Below the pieces are notes generated by a model that was not told where the DNA came from, did not search any database, and was given only the letters and a program-made list of their open reading frames with translations. Positions 9,150 to 18,730 of a DNA stretch of 64,000 nt are shown here, piece after piece (the stretch's first letter is position 1; each line of letters begins with the position of its first letter). This DNA is from a virus, in the IMG/VR virus record IMGVR_UViG_3300022839_000007, positions 1 through 64,000 of that record; one strand, written 5' to 3'. Both the position numbers and the translations under genes were made by a program.

Positions 9150-10325
9150 TTAGCTGAAGCTTAGATTAGCAGTAGTAACGCCAACTTTGCCCAAGTAATC
9201 TGCTGCGTTACCGAGTGACGAGGCTGTATTAGTAAGTTCGGTATAACCGTAACGAGTCATAAAGCTAACCACCGGTTCAAAGGTTGCCGGATCAAGTACA
9301 ACGCCTGAGCTCATCAATGGAATGTACGGACAATAGAACGCCGCAGCATCAGATTCGCTAGAACCTTTGTAACCAATAGTTATATCGTCGTTGTTAGCAT
9401 ATGTGTTCACATAGATACGCATACTGTTATTCAAAGTACCTACTAACTTAGTGTTAGTTGGTGATTCAAATGTACCTTCAGTAGTACGAGCAAACGCACT
9501 AGTAGTTGCGCTCTGTAGCAAAGTCAACACAGTTGGCGATACCACAGCCCAGTTACCTGCACCGCGACGTGTACGCTGAGCAATCAAGTTACTTACACGG
9601 TTGATCTGTACAGCCAATGCAGCATGTTCGTCACCAACGAACGTAGCAGTACCGCTTACAGTAGCCTGGTTGTATGTTTCAACTGGTGATCCAGCAAGCG
9701 AAGCCAACGAACGTAGTACTTCTTGGTCGATTTCTGCAGTAATCTCCTGAGCAAGTGCTGCCATGATTTCTGCTTCTACATCGATACCGTGCTGACTCTG
9801 CGCATCTTGAGCAGCTTCAAAAGTCCAACGAGCTGACAGTTTACGCGACTTAGCTTCAACTGTTTGCTTTAGGATCTGAATACTCATACGCTTACCGGCA
9901 GTACCTTCAAGTGCTGCGGTATTACCTGCACGGTCGGTGCCTGCTGCACCCGAATAGCCTTCGGCTATTTTAAACGGGCTCAGTGCTTCTTCACCGGCAG
10001 TTACATTACCACCAAGGTCACCTGTAAAATCATCGCTGTAACGCACACGTAGAGTATGAATCTGAGCAATTGGTCCGGTCATTGGCTGAACGCCTACCAA
10101 TTCGTTAGCAATAACGGTTGGCATTACTCGTCTAATCACAGGAAGGATTACACGGTTTAGTGTTGAAATGTTACCAGCGCCTGTAGCACCAGATGTGGCA
10201 CTTTCAGAAAGATACTTACGTGTATTTTCAAGCGTAGTAGCCATTACAGCTTTTTTGTTGCCTTGCAGGCCTTCAAGGAGGGCGCCCTTGGTCTCCTGCC
10301 AGCGTGATTCTAGTAGTTCTGACAT
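9150..10325 (-). CDS. gp23: Major capsid protein (T4 gp23 family)
   Basis: VGVQPMTGP, AKSRKLSARWTFEAAQD, EITAEIDQE, YCPYIPL and FMTRYG motifs. Confidence 0.97.
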   Translation of the reverse strand: MSELLESRWQETKGALLEGLQGNKKAVMATTLENTRKYLSESATSGATGAGNISTLNRVILPVIRRVMPTVIANELVGVQPMTGPIAQIHTLRVRYSDDFTGDLGGNVTAGEEALSPFKIAEGYSGAAGTDRAGNTAALEGTAGKRMSIQILKQTVEAKSRKLSARWTFEAAQDAQSQHGIDVEAEIMAALAQEITAEIDQEVLRSLASLAGSPVETYNQATVSGTATFVGDEHAALAVQINRVSNLIAQRTRRGAGNWAVVSPTVLTLLQSATTSAFARTTEGTFESPTNTKLVGTLNNSMRIYVNTYANNDDITIGYKGSSESDAAAFYCPYIPLMSSGVVLDPATFEPVVSFMTRYGYTELTNTASSLGNAADYLGKVGVTTANLSFS

Positions 10326-10334
10326 GTTAATCTC

Positions 10335-11426
10335 CTATTTTAAACCGGCAAGTCGTTTGATGTCAACTACATTGTTGTCCATTACGCTTGCTTCGATCGA
10401 ACTATTACGTCTATTGCCTGTGATTTCTTTTGCCTCTGATAATTGTGCCTTTTGCTTGGCTGGAGATTTACCATCAATAACTGTTGGTAGATATTTGTCA
10501 AATGCAGAACGTAGTTTTGCAGTTGCTACTGATTCCAGTAAGTCTGTCATAATGTCTTTTTGGTCCTTATTTAACGGACCAACTAGTTCGTTCATTGCCT
10601 TACTACGCTGTGTTGATTCTATCAAACGTTTAACTTGTACGTTTTTAGATTCTACCAAAGTACGTGCTTTAACTGCAAAAGTCTTGGCTTCTGCAAGTTG
10701 ACGGTCTTTGACATCGAGAATTTTAAGCAATTTACTTGTTTCTGATTTTTCGTTAAGATGTGAATTCATATACTCTGACGAGAATGCTTCAAATAACTTA
10801 CGTCCAAAATCGTTTTTGCGAGCAATATCAATATCTTCTCTAAGTTGAGTAATTTCGGAACGTAGTCCCTTTTCAACTGTTTCGGTTATTGCTGCTGCGC
10901 TTCTTTGAATAAAGTTAGTTTTAACTTTAGCCAAGTGTGTTTTAGCTTCACGTACAAGACGTACTTTTGTTTCAGCTAAATCTGTTTTATCTTCTTGAAA
11001 TTCTGCAAGTTCCTTGGCAAGTTGTTCCACAATAAAATCTTCAAATACTGCAAATTTACCTGCAATTGATCTTTGATCTTTGTGTAGTTCTGAAACTTCC
11101 TTAACCAGTGACTGTTTTACAAATGTTGCCATTAAGTTTGAACTTTCTCGCATTGCAATTGCATATTTTGCCTTTGCTTCTGCAAGTTGTTTGCGATCCT
11201 CATGAAATTCAGTCATTTCTTCAGCTAGCTTGTCGCTTACCATTGATTCAACTGCTTCTGCCATGATGCTCTTATCATATTCAAATTTTCTAGCAAATTC
11301 TTCACGTAGTTCGCTGGTAACAGCAATACGGTTTTCTTTAACCTTGCTATTCCATGCTTCCTCGAGTTCCGTTCTTATTGCTGCAGGAATTGCGTTATTC
11401 TCAAAAAGGGCTCTTAGTGTGTCCAT
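10335..11426 (-). CDS. gp22: Prohead core scaffolding protein
   Basis: Coiled-coil, E/K-rich; lies between the protease and capsid genes; several L/I-x-E cleavage-type sites. Confidence 0.85.
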   Translation of the reverse strand: MDTLRALFENNAIPAAIRTELEEAWNSKVKENRIAVTSELREEFARKFEYDKSIMAEAVESMVSDKLAEEMTEFHEDRKQLAEAKAKYAIAMRESSNLMATFVKQSLVKEVSELHKDQRSIAGKFAVFEDFIVEQLAKELAEFQEDKTDLAETKVRLVREAKTHLAKVKTNFIQRSAAAITETVEKGLRSEITQLREDIDIARKNDFGRKLFEAFSSEYMNSHLNEKSETSKLLKILDVKDRQLAEAKTFAVKARTLVESKNVQVKRLIESTQRSKAMNELVGPLNKDQKDIMTDLLESVATAKLRSAFDKYLPTVIDGKSPAKQKAQLSEAKEITGNRRNSSIEASVMDNNVVDIKRLAGLK

Positions 11427-11439
11427 ATCATTCTCCTTT

Positions 11440-12057
11440 TTACTTGAGACCGCTTATAATTTTTAATAAGCTTTCTGCAATGTATTGTTGTGCCTTGGGG
11501 TTGCCTTGAACTTCTTTACTAGTAAGAAATGCCTTATATCCGCCTTTTGTATTCATTAGGTGCTCGTATATCGGAGTCGGGTAGGCACCTGGAGCACTTG
11601 GCTGGGCAACTACGTCTACTGTAATAATTTCAAAGCCCGAGACGTCACCGCCGTCATCAACTTCGCCGCTACCACGCGACGAAACTCCTAGTTTAACTCC
11701 GCTTTCCAGCATTGTTTTAACTAAAAGTCCCATCGGCGTTGGTAGGATTTTTAATTTTCCATAACCATTTGCTCCGTCCATCCACATTTTTGTAATCATG
11801 TGACTGACTCGATCTAAGTTTATGTTAAGTCCCTCTGGATGGTCTGCTTCGCCGAGTATAGAATATCCGCCCGTGATCTGATCGTTGAGAGTGTTGACAG
11901 CCCTGCTAATTTCATTTACGGGATAAACACGCTGATTTGCGTTGCGTATGCCGCCTTGAATGACAATGCCCTTCATATAAAGGTGCTTGTCACCTTCAGC
12001 AGACTCTACAACCATCTTTGCTTGGTCGAAACTTATGTGCTCGGTTAGTTTGTGCAT
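11440..12057 (-). CDS. gp21: Prohead protease
   Basis: RNANQRVYP, LGEADHP, LGVSSRGSG and DVVAQPSAPGAY motifs. Confidence 0.95.
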   Translation of the reverse strand: MHKLTEHISFDQAKMVVESAEGDKHLYMKGIVIQGGIRNANQRVYPVNEISRAVNTLNDQITGGYSILGEADHPEGLNINLDRVSHMITKMWMDGANGYGKLKILPTPMGLLVKTMLESGVKLGVSSRGSGEVDDGGDVSGFEIITVDVVAQPSAPGAYPTPIYEHLMNTKGGYKAFLTSKEVQGNPKAQQYIAESLLKIISGLK

Positions 12058-12071
12058 CAGAGGTCCTTACT

Positions 12072-13121
12072 TTACTTTGCTCTTCGCGGAGCGCCGTTTA
12101 ACATACTGCCGGCACTTTTGTCAGCAGTTTCTGGTTTGCCTTTTTTCTCGGCACCGTGTCCTGGCTCTGATTTCTTGAAACCAGTTTTACCAGCTTTTCC
12201 GCCTGGAACGTTTATGTTCCCTACGTTATCTACTGTAGGGGTTTGCTTGTTTAAAGCAGATCCTTTCAGTTGACCTTTGTTGGCTTCAACACCTACATCA
12301 GTATCGCACTGTGCGATATTAGAAGCTGTTCCGCCCATGTTGTTTGACTTAGCTACGACCGATTTAGTATTTGCACCGTTATCGCCGCCAATTTTTGCAC
12401 CAAAGCCGCCGTTAATCTTTTCAACATACTCGCGCATTTCTTCGCTAGCAGACTTCTTTGTTTTTGCAGTCTTATTATTCTTCATATCATCTTTTTTGTC
12501 TTTTTTGGCTTCAAACGCATAAGATTCTTTTGCTTTTTTGTTGTCCATGTCGTCCATGTCGTCTTCGTCGTCCATGTCGTCCATATCCATATCCATGTCG
12601 CCATCTTCGTCGTCCATGTCCATATCGTCCATGTTGCTATCTTCGTCACTTAGCATATTTTCAAATTCAGCTTGTAATGCTTCTAGAGCGTCTTCTAAGT
12701 CAGTTACTCGATCTAACATATCACTGTCGTCGTCCATGGCGTCCATATTGTCCATGCCGTCCATGTCGTCGGGCATTTCGATATCATTGATCATGTCGTC
12801 GGTTTCGTCTCCGCCCATCATAGGGTTGGATTTAGATTCGTACTCGTCGATACCAAACATTTCGTCAAGATCGTCGTCGGCCGACTCATCAAGATCTTCG
12901 TCGTCGGACTCGTCGATGTCGTCGTCTGAAGCTTCGTCGATTTCATCTTCGTCGTCTTCTTCAGCTTCTTCAGCTTCTTCGGCTTCTTCAGCTTCAAGAA
13001 TACTTTGGTAAATATCACGTGATTTTTGTACCACGATCTCGTGGAAAAGTGCTTCAGCGCCTGCTCTATCTTCATTAATAAGCAGTTCAAGCATTTCCTC
13101 AAATTTATTGCGATCAGTCAT
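12072..13121 (-). CDS. Highly acidic prohead core/internal protein (gp67/68-like position)
   Basis: D/E/M-rich N-terminal half and K/G-rich C-terminal half; directly upstream of gp21; AGGAG Shine-Dalgarno; TAAATA at 13156-13161. Confidence 0.7.
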   Translation of the reverse strand: MTDRNKFEEMLELLINEDRAGAEALFHEIVVQKSRDIYQSILEAEEAEEAEEAEEDDEDEIDEASDDDIDESDDEDLDESADDDLDEMFGIDEYESKSNPMMGGDETDDMINDIEMPDDMDGMDNMDAMDDDSDMLDRVTDLEDALEALQAEFENMLSDEDSNMDDMDMDDEDGDMDMDMDDMDDEDDMDDMDNKKAKESYAFEAKKDKKDDMKNNKTAKTKKSASEEMREYVEKINGGFGAKIGGDNGANTKSVVAKSNNMGGTASNIAQCDTDVGVEANKGQLKGSALNKQTPTVDNVGNINVPGGKAGKTGFKKSEPGHGAEKKGKPETADKSAGSMLNGAPRRAK

Positions 13122-13206
13122 TGTGTTTCTCCTTTATAGCCAAGGCTGTCAAATATATTTACATCTTTATCAAAATACCCGGGTCAAACGGACTCAAACG
13201 AGTCGA

Positions 13207-13821
13207 TTACGATATATTGAACTGTTTTTTAAAATCTGTTATAGTAAGATGTGTTAAGTTTGATAGCCCTGTTAATGTTTCTGGTATGTAACTCAACGGT
13301 GTGTCAATTACTCTAATGTATTTAACCTTTGTGTTCTTTTTTATACAAGTAGCAGTTTGATTTTGCCAGTTGCCAAAATAAGTAGCAAGGTCGTTGATTT
13401 GTTTATAGTTTTCGGTTCCTGCGTATATATTATTTACTAATTCAAATTTAATTCCTATTCCCACATAATCAAATCCGAGTATGTAAATTATATTATTTTC
13501 GTGTTCACTGGCTAGGTTCAGCGCGCTCGGACCGCTGCTCCATCCTAGTCCAGGATTAAATAAATTTATGTTTAAAATTTCTTTTGTATATTTGTTTGGA
13601 TTAGTCCAAACATTATTTGAAAGATAATAGCCAGTTTGCACTATCTCCTTAACCATTTTAATATCAACCGCAATCAAATGATCAGGAGAAAACGACCTGT
13701 ATAATGCATTACAACCGTATATCATTCCGTATCTCTTTAACGTGTTAGGATCAATAGTTGTTCTACTATTTCCGTTTCCTAAGACAAATGCAACTTTTTT
13801 ATCTAATGATAGTGTTTGCAC
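13207..13821 (-). CDS. DUF115/Maf/CstII-like putative glycosyltransferase
   Basis: AFVLGNGNS, YGCNALY, SSGPSAL and IYILGFD motifs typical of this Rossmann-like family. Confidence 0.6.
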   Translation of the reverse strand: MQTLSLDKKVAFVLGNGNSRTTIDPNTLKRYGMIYGCNALYRSFSPDHLIAVDIKMVKEIVQTGYYLSNNVWTNPNKYTKEILNINLFNPGLGWSSGPSALNLASEHENNIIYILGFDYVGIGIKFELVNNIYAGTENYKQINDLATYFGNWQNQTATCIKKNTKVKYIRVIDTPLSYIPETLTGLSNLTHLTITDFKKQFNIS

Positions 13822-13899
13822 TTTTAAAGTCTTTTCTATATAATTATGTAATCTATACTAACAGTCGAGTGAGAACAATTGTGTTATCTAAAAATATCT

Positions 13900-14157
13900 T
13901 TAGATTAATTGATTACCGCCTGGTGCTGCCTGTGCTTGCATTCCGTACATTGCACGTATGTGAGTTAAGTCTTTGGTTTTTTCTTTTCGATGCATGTCGT
14001 CAGCTCGTCTTGCACGATTAATATCTTTTAATGTAAGACGAGTCTTACGAGTATCATCTACATCAATAACACTATTGTCGTTCTCGGAATCGTATCGGTT
14101 GTCTTCAACCGGTACCATTGTTTCTTTATCAAAATAATATAATTCTCTTAGTATCAT
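13900..14157 (-). CDS. Small hypothetical head-module protein
   Basis: 85 aa, directly after the portal gene; TAAATA overlaps the portal stop (14163-14168). Confidence 0.75.
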   Translation of the reverse strand: MILRELYYFDKETMVPVEDNRYDSENDNSVIDVDDTRKTRLTLKDINRARRADDMHRKEKTKDLTHIRAMYGMQAQAAPGGNQLI

Positions 14158-14165
14158 AACATTAT

Positions 14166-16340
14166 TTATGCATTTGGTTCAGTTGGCGGGGTCGGAGGAG
14201 GAGCACCTGTGTTACCTAAATCTACCCCGTCGTTGTCAAAATCTTCTAATTCGTCGCCTTCGGCTGCATCAAGATCGCCTGAGATGTCAGCACCGGTGAT
14301 TCCGGCATCTCTCATACTTGCACTTGCGTCTGGATTGCCACCATCAAACATTTCGTCGTTTTCTTCTTTCCATAATCTTTCATTCTCAGCAATTTCTTCC
14401 TTGCATAGTCCAAGGAATCGTGTCATAGCAAACCGATTTGAAATAAACGGAATAGTTTGCATCGTAGTAAATGTGCTGATTCTATTGTTGTCTAATTCAG
14501 CTTGTCGATAACTTGCAAAGTTCTGAGGCGGTTGTAACATTAAGTCAAACATTGATAGATCAATGTTTACACCTTTATTACTGAGATATAGTTTAAATTC
14601 TGCATTAAACACTTCTGCTATCATACTCTGAAGTCTTTCGCAATAGTTGTTAAAACGTAATTCTTGAATATATGCAGTACCTACTCTACCATCATTAAAC
14701 TGACTAGCAGCATCGTCGGCTCCAGTAGGTAGATAACTACTAGGAATACGTAATCCTCTTACTAACTTATTGGTAAAATATCTAAGGTCGTCAATTTCGC
14801 CTAAGTTAGAGCCGCCCGGCAAGGTTTCAACTTTAGATCCGCGTCCTTCGCTATTGTGAACATATATGCCAGCACTTAATCCAAACCAATGGCTATTACT
14901 GTTGCTCGATACTGTAATATCTCCAGTATCGATTGTTTCAGTTAACCATTCTATAGATGCAATTTTACGAGTTTGATCTAAATATTCTTTTTGTAATCCT
15001 ATCGGCATTAGACTATCGTTTGTTTTTAGATGCTGTGCTTCTACTTCGCTGCCGTCTCTTATAATAAATCTATGATCTGGGGTAGCAGTAATACTCTCTC
15101 CGTTGTCAAGTGTTATCTTTAAGACCTGGGCATCTTTTCGAGTAATCCCTGCCCACGTAATTTCAGCCGGTTCCATTTCGTGTGTTACGTTACTCAACCC
15201 ATATGCCCAGTTTTTTTTGCCTGCTGTATATTCTAAGATTATCTGATCTAAGGTAAGTATTCTACCATCAAGCAGCGGAATCTTAGTAAGAAGAGAAAGA
15301 CAAGTTTGTGGAAAGAAATAATCCTCATTAACCGATAGTGGATTATAACTACTATCAATTACAGTTTGCCCGCCGCCTGTCTTTGAAGGAATTCTTCGTT
15401 GATGTATTTCAGTTTTAACACGTTCTACAAACTGCATTGCAAGATGACTAGGCATGTTGCCGACGTCAACGTAAAATACTCTACGTTCAGGTGCACGTTG
15501 CACCCGGTAGATAATAATAGCATCTTCTAATAATTCTTTTTGCTTATATACTTTAAAAATAGTTTCTAGCAAGCTGTTACCAAACGGAAAGTTTTGATCC
15601 ATGCCTTCGTTCATACTAAGATGTACTATGTGTTGGGCATCAACTGCTGTTTCGTTACTTTCATTGCTCCAGCGACTGGTATTTGCATCAGGAGTCTGTC
15701 CGGTCATCTGTCTTTGATCAAGCGTATGATTTGCAGGACTATTACCGCCAGGTCCATATGCCTTGGTTGTGTTTAATCTAGTTGCACTAAGTGTACTATA
15801 AGAGATATTAATGTCTCTTATAACATATTGTTCTGGACGTTTGCCTTCGCTTTCATTAACAATAATTTTTGTCATAAATGAAGGATCCACATGAAACCAT
15901 TTATGAGTTTCGGTGTCTCTAATAAAAAATTGGTCACCATACTTAAATGTGTTGCGAATAACTTTAAATATACGACGTTCAAATTCTTGTATTTTACACC
16001 ATTGCTTGAGATATTGGCCAAGAATTTGTATTTCGCTATTGGTTGCAGATGAACTAAACTTAATTTGGAACGGAGTTCCGTTTTCTTTGTTCTTTTGTGA
16101 ACAAAATTCAGCAAGGATGTCTAACGCAGCATTAACTTCGCTGTCGCTATCCATAGTGTTGTACTGTCCGTATCGTTCTATTCTATTGGGCGATCCTACA
16201 TATACATCCGGAAGGTGACTACTATAATTAGCAGCAGCCGGTCCTAAGCCGCTACCTCTTGCAAAACTAAATGGGCTGTAGCTTCCGGTAGTATTCATGT
16301 TAGTAGTTACCGGGGTAAAGTGCTTTTTCCATCCAGCCAT
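14166..16340 (-). CDS. gp20: Portal vertex protein containing an intein
   Basis: LLEDAIIIYRVQRAPERRVFYVDVGNMP, EDYFFP..EGRGSKVETLPGG and LGEIDDLRYF motifs. Confidence 0.95.
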   Translation of the reverse strand: MAGWKKHFTPVTTNMNTTGSYSPFSFARGSGLGPAAANYSSHLPDVYVGSPNRIERYGQYNTMDSDSEVNAALDILAEFCSQKNKENGTPFQIKFSSSATNSEIQILGQYLKQWCKIQEFERRIFKVIRNTFKYGDQFFIRDTETHKWFHVDPSFMTKIIVNESEGKRPEQYVIRDINISYSTLSATRLNTTKAYGPGGNSPANHTLDQRQMTGQTPDANTSRWSNESNETAVDAQHIVHLSMNEGMDQNFPFGNSLLETIFKVYKQKELLEDAIIIYRVQRAPERRVFYVDVGNMPSHLAMQFVERVKTEIHQRRIPSKTGGGQTVIDSSYNPLSVNEDYFFPQTCLSLLTKIPLLDGRILTLDQIILEYTAGKKNWAYGLSNVTHEMEPAEITWAGITRKDAQVLKITLDNGESITATPDHRFIIRDGSEVEAQHLKTNDSLMPIGLQKEYLDQTRKIASIEWLTETIDTGDITVSSNSNSHWFGLSAGIYVHNSEGRGSKVETLPGGSNLGEIDDLRYFTNKLVRGLRIPSSYLPTGADDAASQFNDGRVGTAYIQELRFNNYCERLQSMIAEVFNAEFKLYLSNKGVNIDLSMFDLMLQPPQNFASYRQAELDNNRISTFTTMQTIPFISNRFAMTRFLGLCKEEIAENERLWKEENDEMFDGGNPDASASMRDAGITGADISGDLDAAEGDELEDFDNDGVDLGNTGAPPPTPPTEPNA
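14853..15302 (-). mobile_element. Mini-intein (150 aa) in the portal protein
   Basis: Starts CLSLLTKIPLLDG, has block B TATPDHRF, ends YVHN followed by +1 Ser. It interrupts FFPQT|SEGRGS and is too short to hold an endonuclease domain. Confidence 0.93.
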
Positions 16341-16375
16341 TATAATTTTCTCCGACTTATTTTATTGTTCATGTA

Positions 16376-18649
16376 TTATCCTCTTGACATATCGGAGCCT
16401 AAGGTACCGATACTTTTCTTCATTCTTCGCTGGACTTCTACACTCTCGCTTAACAACACTGCCACGGTGTTCATCGTATTATTTAACTGATCTAGCTTTG
16501 ACTCTAGCCCAGTTTGGTTATTACTAGAAGGAAGCGACATAGTAGACGAAGATGGAGATTTTTGTGACTTATAAAATTGCGAAAGTATTTCTCCAGCAGG
16601 CGTGTTTCTCGGAACCACTGCTTCTTTTCCATGCAATGTTGTAAATGTTTGTTTTCCAAAATCTTGAAATCCATTAGTTCCAGCAGCAAACCCTTGGTTT
16701 GTAGCGTTTGCTAGCAACGAATCTTGTCTACCAACTAATGACTCAATTTTTGTTAAGTCTCTTAAAAAATTAATAACGCCTGACGTACTAGGATCCAATG
16801 TTTGACGTAAATCTTGTTCTTCGTTTAATGTTAAACTTGTTCCGCCTCTAAGTTTATCAACTAGTGCCTGTGTGTTTGACTTAGATAATGCTGTGCCGCC
16901 AACGCCTCCTAGTAAATCTTTAATTACACTTACGATAGCATCGGTTATACTTGTGCCAACTTTAGTAAAAATTTCATCCATTTTTGTAAAAAATGTATCG
17001 ACATACTTTTGAATTGTAGGATCGTTCCAGAAGTTTGAAAATGTTTTCATCAAAGAATCTGCTGCATTAACAAATTTATCTTCAATGGTCTTCCATAATC
17101 CGTTAGCATCAACTGATTTTACAAATTTTGAAAACCAATCTGCAATAGATGTTGCTTGATTTTGTAACCATATCAACGAACGTGCAAGACCGCCGCTACT
17201 AACAAACTCAGATAACCTTTCTAATGCATTAGTTAAGAATCCGTTTTTGCCCAATAGATTCTCGACTGCCGACTGGAATGATTTACCAGCAGCATTAAAC
17301 GGATTAGATACACTGTTAGGATCAAACATTGACAACAATTGATCTCCAAATTGGGTTAACTTAGTAAAGAATGCACTTTTTATAAAGGTATCTAGGAACG
17401 ATTTTCTCAAATTGATAATAATTTGTTCAAACTTGCCAAGCGCGCCTGTTATTAAATTTCTTTTTCTCTGTTCTTCTATTGCAGACTTTGTGTTTCTGCC
17501 AGCTGCTTGTGTAAGTTCAAAGGATGCATCGTATATTTCAGCTAATGCGCCAAGGTATCCGCCCTTATCTCGCATAACTTGAAGTGTTGCCCCGCTAATT
17601 GTTCCTGATGCCTTTGCTAACGCAGGTGCAAACTTAGTAATACCAGCTTGAAATTCTTCCATGCTCATGTTTTCCATGTTCATTGCAAATTCTTTAATTC
17701 CCGGAACAGTGTTTTGAAGTGCGCGGGCAAGATCGCTTTGTGCTACTCCGTCAGATAAGTCTAGTAATGCGCCGTTGAGACTAGGCATTGTACTTTTTGT
17801 AAAAGCAAGAATAGCTGCTGTTTCTTGTCTAGCTGCTTCGCCGCGTTCTTTTTCTACTCGATTTAGAATATTTCTAGTCAACGTGTCGGTTTCTAATGCT
17901 GTAATTTCTTGTTGAAGTGCAGACTTCTGTTTGCCTGTTAGCTTAGAAAGCAGGTCTAACTGTCTAATATAGTTTGCAGCACTCTCTTGGCTTTCAGCAT
18001 CACTACGCAAATTCCGTCTACCCCGCATAGTTTCAATAGTTATAAATCCAACCAGTCCATCATTTATGTCCTTAATGGTCATTCCCATGGTAAAAAAGTC
18101 GCTGCCAATGCCTAGTCGTATATCTCTACTAAAATCAGCAAAAAACTTTGCACCTTTGGTAGCAGTTCCTCCAAAGTTAGTTAACGCTTCGCTATTATTG
18201 GCAATTAATTGAGTAAAGTCATTTATAGTCATTGATGCAGCAGCACTTGAGCTTACCATATCAAATATACTATTGTTAAAACTTGCTCCTACGCTACTCA
18301 ACGAACGAAAATCATCTACTAACTCGTCAACAAACCCTGCGAGTCTAGCAATTTTGCTAGTGCCTCCGAGTAATGCGCTGGTAAGGTTACTTAATCGTTC
18401 TTTTCCGTATGCTAATTCTTTTCCAAAGTCTTTGAGAGACCCTGTGCTGCCTCGTAAGGCATCATTGTTATTTCTTTGTGACCTAGTGCCATCTCTAAGA
18501 CTTCTGTCATACAACTCTCTAAGACGGTCAGCAGAATTATTACCATTAGCTGCGCCAAGTGTGCGCATTGCCTCGACTAGCGATTGTAGAGTAGCTTCGC
18601 TGGCTACACCACGCATGCCTCCTACATTTTCAATATTAACGTTATCCAC
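16376..18649 (-). CDS. Tape measure-like tail protein
   Basis: 757 aa, helical and A/G/S-rich; C-terminal FAAGTNG..LHGKEAVVP motif; adjacent to the gp26-like chaperone. Confidence 0.7.
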   Translation of the reverse strand: MDNVNIENVGGMRGVASEATLQSLVEAMRTLGAANGNNSADRLRELYDRSLRDGTRSQRNNNDALRGSTGSLKDFGKELAYGKERLSNLTSALLGGTSKIARLAGFVDELVDDFRSLSSVGASFNNSIFDMVSSSAAASMTINDFTQLIANNSEALTNFGGTATKGAKFFADFSRDIRLGIGSDFFTMGMTIKDINDGLVGFITIETMRGRRNLRSDAESQESAANYIRQLDLLSKLTGKQKSALQQEITALETDTLTRNILNRVEKERGEAARQETAAILAFTKSTMPSLNGALLDLSDGVAQSDLARALQNTVPGIKEFAMNMENMSMEEFQAGITKFAPALAKASGTISGATLQVMRDKGGYLGALAEIYDASFELTQAAGRNTKSAIEEQRKRNLITGALGKFEQIIINLRKSFLDTFIKSAFFTKLTQFGDQLLSMFDPNSVSNPFNAAGKSFQSAVENLLGKNGFLTNALERLSEFVSSGGLARSLIWLQNQATSIADWFSKFVKSVDANGLWKTIEDKFVNAADSLMKTFSNFWNDPTIQKYVDTFFTKMDEIFTKVGTSITDAIVSVIKDLLGGVGGTALSKSNTQALVDKLRGGTSLTLNEEQDLRQTLDPSTSGVINFLRDLTKIESLVGRQDSLLANATNQGFAAGTNGFQDFGKQTFTTLHGKEAVVPRNTPAGEILSQFYKSQKSPSSSTMSLPSSNNQTGLESKLDQLNNTMNTVAVLLSESVEVQRRMKKSIGTLGSDMSRG

Positions 18650-18666
18650 TTACCGGTCTTTCAAAA

Positions 18667-18716
18667 TAAATATACGCATATTATTTTTGGATAAATATGC
18701 GTATAAGTATTTATCC
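18667..18716. promoter_or_regulatory. Overlapping divergent late promoters with inverted repeats
   Basis: TAAATA on plus at 18667 and 18692 and on minus at 18708-18713; 12-bp perfect inverted repeat at 18671-18705. Confidence 0.6.
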
Positions 18717-18730
18717 GGAGAAAAAAATAC

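Noticed and set aside
12458-13102. Ser-rich and Cys/Arg/Pro-rich ORFs overlapping the acidic core gene
   Set aside because: Shadows of low-complexity Asp/Glu/Met codons.
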